From: Eledone cirrhosa
Lineage: Eukaryota
Direction of reading: 5' to 3'
NCBI GenBank assembly: GCA_964016885.1
Contig: OZ024742.1
Coordinates: 94,860,001 to 94,924,000 of the forward strand
Length of the DNA: 64,000 nt
Positions 1-12,152 of the stretch are shown in pieces (within the stretch, counting starts at the first letter, position 1; each line of letters opens with the position of its first letter). A model generated the notes under the pieces. The model ran no database searches and was not told where the DNA came from. It saw nothing but the letters and a program-made list of their open reading frames with translations. Made by a program: the position numbers and the translations under genes.

Positions 1-37
1 ATAAGTCTTGCCGCAAGTGAATTATTTTCATATCTAC

Positions 38-148
38 GTACTCTGATTTGTTGACCAGTGGTAAACAATATATTGGAGATCAATTGACGCAACCTCAAGC
101 GATTAGTGAACTCTAGACACACCTGATCAACGAAACAATTGTCAGTAC
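38..148 (+). ncRNA. Degenerate type-I hammerhead ribozyme motif (Penelope pLTR-like remnant)
   Basis: Stem I GTACT(38-42)/AGTAC(144-148); core CTGATTT (mutated CTGATGA); stem II GTTGACCAG/CTGATCAAC; GAAAC-AATT-GTC with palindromic loop; followed by AATAAA and TA repeats. Confidence 0.55.
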
Positions 149-284
149 TATAAATAAAGCACTTATTGTACAGCCAACCATGTTACTCTTCTGTTTTTAA
201 CTATGTATGTATATATATACATATGTATATATATACATACATATACACACATATATATATACATATACATATGTGTGTATATAT

Positions 285-385
285 ATGAGGTGTGTCAGAA
301 AAGTTCCAGGACTGATGTCACAAAAGATTTATTTCAAACCCAACCTTCACACTAAGAGTTTTATCCTTCAAAGTAATCCTTCAAG
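285..385 (+). mobile_element. Possible Tc1/mariner terminal fragment
   Basis: TA-flanked 'TGAGGTGTGTCAGAAAAGTTCCAGGACT' resembles mariner-type TIRs; no partner TIR or transposase seen. Confidence 0.3.
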
Positions 386-403
386 TATACATATGTATAT
401 ATA

Positions 404-1324
404 TCATCATCATCATCACCGTTTTACGTCCGTTCTTCCATGCTAGCATGGGTTAGACAGGTTGTCCTGTTGTGAGCAGTGTCTGGTCGGCTGACCATGC
501 CTTGCTCATATAGGAACTGATCTTTCTACAACTGGATGCCCTTCCTAACACCAACCTCATTTACAGTGAGTGCTGGGTGCTTTTTACCGTGGCGCTTACA
601 CGTCCACTTTATAGTGTGGTTTGGGTGCTTTTTTTGGCGTGCCACCTCCACAACCACTTTGCAGTGGGAGGGTGTGGGGGCATATTGTCTATATGCTTCA
701 GCTTGTACCCATGTGAGGTCGGGTACTCTGTATTACTGCGTGACGCCAGAGGTCACGGTCGTGTGTCATCATCTTTGAGAGGTGTAATTGAGTAAGGTCA
801 GCTTTTATCACCTCATCCCAGGTCTTCTTGGGTCTCCCCACTCCACGGTTTCCATTGACTTCTAGTGCTCTGCACCTTTTTATGCAGCTGTCATCCTTCA
901 TACGCATCACATGTCCATACCAATGCAACCGCCTCTCCTGCACACAGCATTTGATTCCTCTTATGCTCAGTCTCTCTCTCAATTCATTTATGCTTTGCCG
1001 TTCGCATATATTACTATTACACATCCATCGGAGCATGCAGGCTTCGTTTCTTTCTAATTTACGTAAGTCTTCCACCTTCATCGCCCAGGTCTCACTACTA
1101 TGTAACATTGCTGTTCGGATACACTCATCATACAGTCTGCCTTTCATTTTGAGGGAGAAGCCTTTTACAGCTAGCAGTGGCAGTAGTTCCCTGAACTTCT
1201 TCCATCCCGTTCTTACCCTAGTTATTGTATTTCTGAACACCCACCTCTGCTGGTAGTTCGGTCACCTAGGTAGCAGAAGCTGTCTACTGTTTCTACAGAG
1301 CCCTCCCAGAGATTGGTAGTACTT
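404..1324 (-). mobile_element. 5'-truncated RTE LINE copy (RT C-terminal region + 3' UTR + (ATG)n tail)
   Basis: ORF 698-1240 nearly identical to the C-terminus of the 17722-20841 ORF; same 3' UTR; (CAT)n on + strand at 404-420. Confidence 0.95.
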
Positions 1325-1781
1325 ATATATATATATATATATATACATATGTATATATATATACACACACACACACATACGTGTGTGTATCGGTTTATTG
1401 GATTGCAATCGATGTAACTTTAAACCACTATCAGCACTCACTGATTCAGAGATGATGTAATGATGGTCGCCTTTTTACAACTGTTGAGGTTTTAATAGAT
1501 CTGAAGAGATAATGAGCTAAACAGGTGGCATGTACTGTTACATAATATTATGTAATTGAGGATGGTTTTAAACCTGAATTGGGTATAACAAAATACATAT
1601 TTGTTAAACTGATCTTTATTTTCTGGTTGTACATATATATATTGACATGTGTATCTTGGTTTTGTATCACTGTGTTGTAAGAGGAAACTAAGAGGTGGCA
1701 TTAAGAAGGGCATCTGGCTGTAACGCATTGTTTCAAAATTTCCATCCAGCCCATGCCAGCATAGATACATGGATGTAAATA

Positions 1782-2080
1782 TAATTGTTTCTACTTTTGG
1801 CACAAGGCTAGCAATTACCCAGTACATTACTGGTACTTTATGTTATCAACCCCGTAAGGATGAAAGGCAAAGTTAACATGGATGTAAATATAATTGTTTC
1901 TACTTTAGGCACAAGGCCAGCAATTATCCAGTGCATTACTGGTACTTTATTTTATCGACCCCGTAAGGATGAAAGGCAAAGTCAACCTCGGCGGGATTTG
2001 AACTCAGATCGTAAAGGGACGTAACTATGCTGGAAAGCATGGCGTCCGACCCTCCACCGACACTGTCAATCCACCGCCCT
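1782..2080 (-). mobile_element. Two tandem tRNA-derived SINE copies (partial + full)
   Basis: Reverse complement of the SINE consensus (GAGTTCAAATCCC B-box; GCCTTTCATCCTTACGGGGTCGATAAAATAAAGTACCAG core); ACATGGATGTAAATATAAT occurs three times as TSD. Confidence 0.9.
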
Positions 2081-2109
2081 AACATGGATGTAAATATAAT
2101 AAAGATTTA

Positions 2110-2700
2110 TAATATAGACCAGTAAATTTTGTTTGAGCATACAAGAATAATTTGTGGGGGTCTTCCTGCTTTGGAACAATCTACATACAACTGACCATGT
2201 GTGAAACAATCCTCTTCTAGATGGAGACAATCTGCAGGGTTTCACCATGGGACTTGTTAATAGTCATTACGTAACTGAATCTCACTGTGAATTGCAATCA
2301 TTTGAAATGAAAGGGAACATCTGTTTTTCTTAGAAGCATTGTAATAAATGTGATATCCCCTTTTTGGCTTTGATAACGTGAGGCTGTAGTTCAGTCATAA
2401 CAACACGTCCCATTACACAATCATGGCTGATCTACGTTTCTGAAAAGCATGATGATTGTGCCCTTCTTTAATTCATGGTCGTGTAGCAGTACACTTGATA
2501 GTTCCAGACAGTTGAGAAATTCAACAAGATAAGGAACAACATCATCTTCATCGAAAACTTTGTTGACAGATTTATAGATCTGGCTACCCCCAGGAATCAT
2601 TTGTGAGAGATTTTGTTGATGGCTTTCATTGTGATATTTTTGGTGGCAAGTATTTCTTTTTCATACAACCACTCCTCATTCGAACGGTGGATTTGGTAAT
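2110..2700 (-). pseudogene. Helitron RepHel Pif1-type helicase C-terminal remnant
   Basis: Manual minus-strand translation across stops and frameshifts: WLYEKEILATKN..., YLVEFLNCLEL..., IMLFRNVDQP*LCNGT, FK*LQFTVRFSYVMTINKSHGETL, CFTHGQLYV, matching Helitron helicase motifs. Confidence 0.85.
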
Positions 2701-3767
2701 TGAGGAAAACTTAACTAATTAAGATTACAATGCTTTCCATAACAGTACAAAGTGATGATTGATCAAAACAATCTTCAGTATCAAGTTATTGCATTTCTAT
2801 CAATTTGAACGGCTGAGACGTTATCTGTAGCCCAAAGTGGGCCACCCCTCCCCTTTCAACTTCATTTTCAGAAGAGGGAATTGTTTGTGAGTAAGTTGGA
2901 TGTCAGATCGTTCGATAAAATACGAAAAAATCTAAAACTGAAAAAGTTCCCACAGAAGAAATCTCTGAGGATGGGAAAATCCAAGGTCCTCTCCAATCCA
3001 ATTTTGAAGAAAAGTCAACAGCAAGCATATTGGAGGACAGATTAGTAGAAAACACATGGAAAACCTTAATTATTATTAATATAACTTTATGCTATTAGTG
3101 GTCAACTTACAAACTTTCTTCATACAGGTATATAGATCTATGCATATATACACACATAGAAATGACTCAACAGGTAGGCAAACCAGAGAAGCAACTGAGA
3201 TAGAGCTTAGAAGACCAAAGTTAAACAGAAAAAATGAAAGGAATAAAAACAATAAACATGCCCAAACAAACAATACTGACTTAAGGGAAATATAAATAAA
3301 TAAAAAATATATACACATGTACAATAACAACGAACACATATAAACACACACTAGTAAATAAAGATAGAATACAAAAACCAAAACACATACACTCAAACGT
3401 GAACACACACGCATGCGCAGACACAGAGACAATTAGGAAAAAAATAAATAAATAAATAAATAAATAAATAAAACAAAAATGGCGTAGACATTTCAATGCA
3501 ATATAAAAGGAGGGAACATAATAAAAGTACCACTGATGATGCTGCAGATGTGCAACGAGAAGAACTTTGATAGCCTATATATATATATTTATATCTGTAT
3601 TTTTAACCGTTGTCAATTAATGATAAATATCGATTGCCAAATAAATTAACTATGAAGATATAAAAGATACAGAAGCAAAAACCAACCAAACAGTGAGTAT
3701 GTTCTGTTATTATTTCTGGCAATATTATTACAACATGACCCTCCCCAAGTATAGCAATATGTATATA

Positions 3768-3957
3768 TTGTGGAGTGGCAGTATCAGTAGAGGGTCGGAT
3801 GCCATGCTTTGATGCATTGAGTTACGGGCCTTACCATTCTGAGTTCAAATCCCGCCGAGGTTAATTTGCCTTTCATCCTTACGGGGTCAATAAAATAACA
3901 TACCAGTAATGCACTGGGTAATTTGCTGGCCTTGTGCCAAAAGTAGAAACAATTATA
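3768..3957 (+). mobile_element. tRNA-derived SINE
   Basis: A-box-like TGGCAGTATCAGTAG, B-box GAGTTCAAATCCC, shared core and ...AAAAGTAGAAACAATTA tail. Confidence 0.9.
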
Positions 3958-4452
3958 AATATTCGAAAAACTCAGATTACGTTTATATATTCAACCAAGT
4001 AGAGCGAAAATATATTTTTTTATTAATTTGAATGAGGCAAAGCCGGCCATTTATCGCTTGTACACAGGAAACTGACTAGCCAGTCTGCTGATATGCAAAT
4101 CTGGCTGATCAGTGAATCTGCTAATATGCAGATCTGACTGATTAGCCAGTCTGCTAATATGCAAATCAAGCCAATCAGTCACTGTATATTTTAGAAAATA
4201 GCATATATTTTCACTAGCTCTGACAGTTGGCAGATGAACAGTGAACTGTACTGATAAAGGGTGATACCCAGAAACATTAGTGTCTGCAGTTCTGTTTACA
4301 TGCCAAAACAAGAACAAGAATGAAGGGTTCATTATACTGACATGGTTTTAAAAATGAGGCTTGTTTGCATAATTGCAAATGAATCAAATGTTATTATTAA
4401 TATTAAAAAAACTCAGATTACATTTATTGTATTCAGCCATGTAGAGCGAAAA
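3958..4452 (+). mobile_element. ~440-bp terminally redundant non-coding element with hammerhead motif (retrozyme-like / solo pLTR)
   Basis: Direct repeats 3958-4010 and 4399-4452; three 33-bp subrepeats with ATGCAAAT-type motif; second copy at 48264-48690 on minus strand. Confidence 0.75.
4243..4292 (+). ncRNA. Type-I hammerhead ribozyme motif (one core mutation)
   Basis: GAACTGTA-CTGATAA-AGGGTGATACCCA-GAAA-CA(TTAG)TG-TC-TGCAGTTC; sister copy has intact CTGATGA. Confidence 0.75.
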
Positions 4453-4600
4453 TTAATTATATATATATAGATAAATCTACCAAAAGTTTACGGTAGTGTC
4501 CAATCTGTATGAAGAACTCAATGTAATCCGGATATCATGGAAAGAAGAGATGCATTCAAAAATCACTTTCGGTGAAAGATAAACGGAATACAGAGTCAAG

Positions 4601-4896
4601 ATAAAATATTAAAAAAATAATGAATAAAACAAAGAAACAGTTCCTTATATTGAACAAAAAAAGTAAGTTCATTATTTAATAAGTTCATTATTTAATAAGT
4701 TCATTATTTCTGAAGACAGCATATATATGTGATGGTATGTATATTCTCCTTGATAGTTTGTATAATTTTGTACATAGATCTTTTGAATATGCATGCCAAT
4801 TCTAATACATATATGTCCTAGAAACGATCGTTAAATAATGAACTTTTTTTGTTTAATATAAGGAACTGTTTCTTTGTTTTATTCATTATTTTTTAA

Positions 4897-4905
<9 letters not shown>
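4601..4905 (+). mobile_element. Fold-back element containing a hammerhead motif
   Basis: ~75-bp inverted arms (4601-4677 / 4833-4905), 16-bp tandem AAGTTCATTATTTAAT, ends in (TA)n. Confidence 0.7.
4699..4843 (+). ncRNA. Type-I minimal hammerhead ribozyme motif with long stem II insertion
   Basis: GTTCATTATTT-CTGAAGA(4710-16)...GAAAC-GATC-GTT(4821-32)-AAATAATGAAC; intact core, palindromic stem III loop, base of stem II imperfect. Confidence 0.7.
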
Positions 4906-4936
<31 letters not shown>

Positions 4937-5410
4937 TACTTTAGACTTTGTTTTATCATGAGTTAAGGCTCTATTGATTTTTCCCTGGATTTCTCTAAAT
5001 TCTGTTGGATAAATCTATATCCTGATTCGTTTTGAATTGAGTCTGAATTATTTTTCCCATATCTTATGTTAACTATTTTCCCATTTTGACGCTATAGTCA
5101 CTTATATGTTATGGAATACTGTTAGCTTCTTGCTACAAAAATTTCTATACTTTTCATTTATATATATATATATATTTGTTGTTATACTTGGGGAGGGTCA
5201 TATTGTTGTAATAATATTGTCAGAAATAATAACAGAACACACTCACTGTTTGCTTGGTTTTTGCTTCTGTATCTTTTATATCTCCACAGTTAATTTATTT
5301 GGTCCTCAATGTTTATATGGATATCTATGTGTATACACACACACGCACACACACATACACACACACACACACACACCACACCACACCACAGGTACACACA
5401 CATGCATATG

Positions 5411-5764
5411 TCATCATCATCATCGCCGTTTTACATCCATTCTTCGACACTAGCATGAGTTAGATGAGTTGTCCTGTTGTGGGCAGTGCCTGGTTGGCTG
5501 AACTTGTCTTGCTCATACGGGAACTGATTTTGACTCGAATTCTACAACTGGATGCCCTTCCTAACACCAACCTCATTTACAGTGCTGGGTGCTTTTTTTC
5601 CACGGCACCTACATGACCACTTTACAGTATGGGCTGGGTGCTTTTTTCCATGGCACCTCCACAATCTCTTTGCAGTTGGAGGGGGTGGGGGCATATTGTC
5701 TATATGCTTCATCTTTGGCTAGTACCTGTGGGAAGTCAGGTCTTCTGTATTACTGTGTGACGCA
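5411..5764 (-). mobile_element. RTE LINE 3' UTR fragment
   Basis: Homologous to 17420-17770, with (CAT)n tail. Confidence 0.9.
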
Positions 5765-6269
5765 AGAGGATATATATATATATATAGATAAACTGACAAC
5801 AATGTATGTAAGGCAGAAAGATATTCTTAGCTCAAATGTGGTTTTATTATCCACAGTAAAATTGGCAAAAGGCAGTACAGATTTTAATCTGATTTGTAAA
5901 TTTCCAGTCATAGTAGTTTTACATTAGAGAGCATATATAAAATGAATAAATATATAACCAAGGTTTAATACACTATTTAATTGATTTACTTATGTTTCTT
6001 TCAAATAAAGAAGGCAGTAACATTTCTGTCAGGGACACGACAGTTATAATTGTTCTCTTGATTTTTTTTTTGTATTAGGTTTTATTGAAATCCTGTTATG
6101 ATAAATAGATTCTGCTATTCAAAGGCTTACAATAATTATTAACTGCATTATTCTGCCCATTGTTGTCTATTTTATTGATACTGATATTGTTGTCCTTGTT
6201 ATCTACGAGTGTGGGGTGGCTCTGTGCAGGAGGTTTTTGTTCCTGTTTATATGATATTTTTTTTATTAA

Positions 6270-6460
6270 TTATAGTGAAATATTCCACTAAATTAGGTAT
6301 GGTGGAGAAAGATAATTTAAAGTTGTTTTGGTTTATTACAGTGTAGTTTTGATGTCCTCGAGGAAACTGTTTTTTTAAGATTATAAACAATTTTTCAGGT
6401 ATATGGTACGCTATTTGAACTCTGTATGGAGGCTAAATCCTCATTCTTTTTTCCTTCTAT
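6270..6460 (-). pseudogene. Penelope-like element remnant (RT-EN linker)
   Basis: Manual translation PPYRVQIAYHIPEKLFIILKKQFPRGHQNYTVINQNNFKLSFSTIPNL aligns with DKHFPLQHRYHNIINKNTTKLTYSTTPNF of ORF 39052-39594. Confidence 0.6.
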
Positions 6461-7306
6461 TCTTCTTTTTATTACTTACATGACTTAGATTGGATGTCAC
6501 ATTATGAGGTTAGACATTTCAGGTGACCCCGCCATTCTCATATGCTTCATTTTTGACTTAGTTTTCCAAGACAAGATGTCTTTTCTTATGTTAAACACCT
6601 CAAACCACGTACTGATAGCTTTTTTCAAGGCACCAGTACTACCACCTCACAGACATGATTGAGTGCTTTATTTGCAGAACCAGTCTGATCATGTTATATA
6701 TTGTATGACAATTTTGTTTTACCATTTTGTTAGAGAAGGACAAACAGTGCACATTATGCCTTAGTGGTCATCTAAACCTGGAGGAGAGAGTTAAAAAGCT
6801 ATCCTCAAAATGGAGATCTGGCTCAAATGCTTGCAACAGAGTGTTTCACTAAAGGAACCTATAAGCCAGGTGGTAATGTTAAATTAATGGAGTGATTAAG
6901 TGTATCACCCAGATTAAGTGGTTATGCATGAGTGTATGTGCATGTCTGAATTAATCATTTATCTTTTTACTTGTTATATCCTGAGTGATTAATGTCATGG
7001 ACGCTCTATTTAAATTGTTGCAGATCTACTCCTTTGGTAAAGACTTGAGCAAGGACGGAGTTCTAAATAGCAAAATATATATATAGGTAGGAAAGATTGG
7101 GCATAGGGGGTTAGTGCTGGGTATAAAGAGCGGGGGTATGTGTGGACATAACATGGGTGATAGGAAGAGAAAAAGTGTTGTGAATGCCTGAGAGAAGTTT
7201 GCATAGTATGAAGGTCAACACTGATCAAGTGGATATACTCAAAAGCCTTCAAATCATGATCGTCTCTTTTTTCCTATGTACAGGGCACTCTACTCAGCAT
7301 TATCTA

Positions 7307-7492
7307 GGATTGGCTGTATCAGTAGAGAGTCGGACGCCATGCTTTGCAGCATAGAGTTACGACCCTTCACGGTCTGAGTTAAAATCCTGCCGAGGTTAAC
7401 TTTGCCTTTCAATCTTACGGGGCCGATAAAATAAAGTACCAGTAATGCACTGAGATAATTGCTGGCCTTGTGCCAAAAGTAGAAAGAATTAT
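7307..7492 (+). mobile_element. tRNA-derived SINE
   Basis: Matches the SINE consensus seen throughout the window. Confidence 0.9.
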
Positions 7493-7756
7493 CTCATGAG
7501 TTTTTCTATAATGTAGTGTGTGATTTGTTGGACATTTCGTTGCTATTTCTAGCAAGTTGAGTGATCACACGGTGCTTACTTTGGTGACTTGAATATGAAT
7601 GTCTGAATGTATATGTTAATTTTAAGAATGTGCATTAGTTGCATTGATTTCATGTAAGTGAAAATATATGGTTGTGCAACTGCTCATTATATTTATTTGA
7701 CAGCTTCATCTGTGTGTATGCAAGTATGTATGAATGCTTGTATGCTTGTATCTATG

Positions 7757-7817
<61 letters not shown>

Positions 7818-8051
7818 ATACATATATATATATACACACATACATACATATATATATATACACATACATACATATATATATATATATATACATACATATA
7901 TATATATACATACATATATATATATATACATACATATATATATATACATATATATATATTTATATATATATACACATACATATATACATACATATATACA
8001 TACATACATACATATATATATATACACAGACATACACATACATACACATAC

Positions 8052-8098
<47 letters not shown>

Positions 8099-8310
8099 CA
8101 CACATACATACATATCATCATCATCATCATCATTTAACGTCCATCTTCCACGCTTGCATATATATATATATACATATATATATACATATACATATATATA
8201 TATATACACACACACACATATATATATATATACTCCCACACACACATATATATATATGTGTGTGTGTGTGTGTACGGTATATATATATATACACACACAC
8301 ATACATATAT
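7757..8310. repeat. (TA)n/(TACA)n microsatellite tract with an embedded RTE 3' stub at ~8113-8160
   Basis: Direct reading. Confidence 0.95.
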
Positions 8311-9362
8311 GTGAATGTGTATATATCAAGTTATGTACAAGAATGTTAATGCGAATGTATCAAATCCTAAGGCATTAACTACTGGTTATTAAAGTGCAAA
8401 ATGTGTGCATATATATGCACATATGTTTGAATATGTGCATATGACTGTTTTTCGCCCATCTCTATAATAAACTCTCTATAATTTCCAACCTGAAGGCAAT
8501 CAAAGAGTTTTGAAAGATCTTCCGCTCGAATAAGCTTCATTTTAATTCACACTTGAAAAGTTTATATCCAACACTGTGATGGGATGACAATGGCGCTATA
8601 AAAATGGGAAATAGCCGAATAGAATGGAATAGTCTTCAACAGGGCATTATTGCTTCTTTTAATGTTAGATTTTCACACATTGTTTTCCTTTCTATCAATG
8701 GCTGTCCTCATTTATCTTGTTGTTTTGTCTTGCTTTCGTCTTTTTCCTCTTCTTTTTTGTATATATGTATGCATTTGTTTCATCATCATCATCATCAATA
8801 TCATCATTATTAGTGTTGTTACTCTGAGCATTATTATTGTGCTTATTGTTTTTCTTATGTTTTTTTTATGTATTATGATTAGTGTTATTGTTACTATTGT
8901 TATTAATATTGTTCCTATTAATAATTTTATTGTTACTCTGATTGTTGTGATTATTATTGTTGTTTATTGCCAGTATCGTTATAGTGGTGGACAAAATGGT
9001 GCAAAACACTTTGTCAGACTCTTTATATTCTAAGTTCAAATCTCACTAAGGTTAACTTTGCCATTCATCCTACCAAGGTTGATAAAATAGTATGTGTTAA
9101 GTACTGTGTTAACCAATTTTCCTCCTTGCTGACCCCCCTCCCCCCCAAAAAAAAAATTGCTGGCCATAGCCTAAACATACCTTAATTATTTTTTAGTTTT
9201 TATTATATAGTTGTTGTTATTACCTTTGTTGTTCATTGTTTGAGAAATACATTATTACTATTGATATTATTACTATCATTATCAGATGTTGTTATTTTTG
9301 TTGATATTCTTGTTAGTTTTATTTTGTTGTTGATAGTGTTATAGATATTATTATTGTTATTT

Positions 9363-9560
9363 TGGATTGGCTGTATCGGTAAAGCATCAGGTACTATGCT
9401 TTGCAGCATAGAATTATGGCCCTTTACGGTCTGACTTCAAATCCCGCCGAGGTTAACTTTGCCTTTCATCCTTACGGGGTCGACAAAATAAAGTACCTGT
9501 AATGCACTGGGGTAATTGCTGGCCATGTGCCAAAAGTAGAAACAATTATTATTATTATTA
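9363..9560 (+). mobile_element. tRNA-derived SINE with (ATT)n tail
   Basis: Matches SINE consensus. Confidence 0.88.
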
Positions 9561-10262
9561 TTATCAGTATTATTATTTATTAAAGGTTTTATTTATACAT
9601 TTTTTATTCCAAATTATTAGCAAAGTGCCATATTGGAGATTCAGACATGTGTGGAAGGGTCGAGGAGGCAGGGAACTATCACAACAACAATTAAGCATGA
9701 AAATAATCATACTAAAGTAGAATAAAAGAAACGAAATAAATAAACAATAAATGATAAAATGAAAGTAAAAATGAATTTTTCACAATTGTGTAAATGATTC
9801 AATATATATACATATGTTATACTCACACACACAAAATTACATGTTATGTTCTGAAAGTTTCCAAGTCTAGTTTAGTGAAGTGTAATAACAAAACGAAAAT
9901 ACAGTCATCAGAGACAATGCCAGAGGACGTGTTTTAAAGGAATTGCCAGACAGTGTCTGTTGGTTGCCTTTATTTCTTTCTTTTTTCACATTTTGATAAA
10001 TTTTAATAAATGTGAAACAATAAAATTTTCTCGTATTCATACCATTCTCTCCCATCCCCAGTAGATACACTTTGTTCAAATTTATACATTGTCTGGATAT
10101 TATTTACAAATCTATATTTGTTTTTATTTTGTTTAAGAATAAATTTAATATATCTCATTCTTAATTATGACTTTCATACATTTATTTCATCCTGCTGATA
10201 TCATCATATTGCTTTTGAAATTACTTTCCCTCTCCCTCTAGCCCTTCCTGGTTTGTCTTGTT

Positions 10263-10309
<47 letters not shown>

Positions 10310-11084
10310 TGAGTGTTGTAGTTTGCTCAAAGCATTGTATAAAATGTAGAAAATAGTGCTTTGTTTAAAAGCTACCATGTGATTTGGACAGTAAACGTCA
10401 AAAATATAACAATTTTGTTATATACAACAATCTTGTTACCTGGCAGTTCTTTATGAGTCCTTATATTTCAGGATAGAATCCTTCTTCAAAAGGTTAATAT
10501 AGGAAACTAGTTTGGAGCTGTACTTATTTAGTTGCAAATGACTATAATAATAGTTGATAACTATAGATAATAGAACAAATAGAGTAAAATACACTTGGAG
10601 ATGGAAAAGTAGACAGGGGTGCTTGCCAGGAATCTAACCCCACATCTCTTGAATGCTGGGTAAGAGTATTAACCATTATGCTAGATTTTAAGCCTGCCTA
10701 GGAGCTTAAACATCTGGTAGATTTAAGAAGCATTAAAAAACTTTAAAATGGAAGTAATTTCTTCTTTACATTAAGAGCTTTACAGCATTCTTTAATTGAA
10801 AAGTATTTCCCAGCCATGTATGTTCAAAACTATATTATTTGAAACCATGTTTGACCCAGATACATTGTATAGTGATATATTTTTGTGATGATTGGGTCAC
10901 CTTGAGTGGCACAAAGTATAGCTATGCTGCTGCAACCCATGTCTATTCTAGTTATAGCTAGGGAAATTCATTATTGTCAGCTAACAAAAACACTGTTCAG
11001 TGTCTCGTATTATCTATTTAGAGCAACATTACCTCTACACTTCACATCTGCATGGCCATGCAGTTGGTGCATTGGTGGTGTGCA

Positions 11085-11585
11085 TGTCAAAAGGTTGCCA
11101 CTTGGTAGCTTTGAAATATTGCCACACACATCAAACTGTGCCATTCATGAGCCTTGAAAGGTTTCCACACTCATCAACAAAATGGTGCTATTCTGTAGCA
11201 TTGAAATATTTCTGTATACATCAGAATGTTGGCACATTGTAGATTTTAACTGTTATCACACATATCAAACTCGTGTCACTCAGTTGCTTAGAAATGTTGC
11301 CTCGGATATCAAAATGTTGCCACAGACATCTAAAAGTTGCTACACACATCAAAATATTGTCACAGATACCAAAATGTAACCGGGTACATTAAAATGGTGC
11401 TACTTGGTAGCTTTGAAATGTTGCCACTTACATTAATTTTTTTCAAACACATAAAATGCTACGACATACACAAAACACGTGGCCATATATACATAAAAAT
11501 ATTGTGACATATGTTAAAATGTTGCCATACACACATCAAAATATTAGCACATACATCAAACTGGTTCTGCATAGTAGCTCTGAAC
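11085..11585. repeat. Degenerate minisatellite (~20-23-bp units, AAATGTTGCCACACACATCA-like)
   Basis: Recurrent AAATGTTGCC/AAATGGTGCTA units. Confidence 0.65.
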
Positions 11586-11607
11586 TTAAAATATTATTTC
11601 TCAGAGC

Positions 11608-11750
11608 CGCATAGAGTTACGGCCCTTGCCATTCTGAGTTCAAATCCCGCCGAGGTTAACTTTGCCTTTCATCCTTATGGGGTCGATAAAATAAAGTACC
11701 AGTAATACTGGGTAATTGCTGGCCTTGTGCCAAAAGTAGAAACAATCATT
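11608..11750 (+). mobile_element. 5'-truncated SINE with TSD
   Basis: SINE consensus flanked by ATTTCTCAGAGC direct repeats. Confidence 0.9.
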
Positions 11751-12152
11751 TCTCAGAGCATCAACAGTTCCATTCAGTGGTTTGAAAATGTTTGAGAGAA
11801 AGTTGGTTTATAGGTAGTAGGCACCTCTGGTCACTAAGAGTTAAACTGTCATATATCCACATAAGATCTGTAAGGAAGATAAACTGTTGATTCTTCAGCC
11901 AGCAGACTAAAATCTTACCATAATTATACATGGTGAATGAGTTGATATGTATCTGTCTATGTGTTCTTATATATATCTATATATATATATCTGTTCATTG
12001 TTTAAATCTGTATCAAAAGTAAGTATACATACACACACAAACACATGTATATATTTATATATATATACATACACAGACAGACACCCACACACACACACAC
12101 ACACAGACACACACATATTAGTTTTCTTTTATCTGTTTTGATGGTTACACAG

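Noticed and set aside
3527-3575. CTGATGA-TGCTGC...GCAAC-GAGA hammerhead-like string
   Set aside because: GAAA, stem III and stem I all need several corrections
7658-8378. Long Y/I/H/T-rich ORFs (also 46925-48070, 24988-25424 and others)
   Set aside because: Translations of TA/CA microsatellites that lack stop codons; not genes
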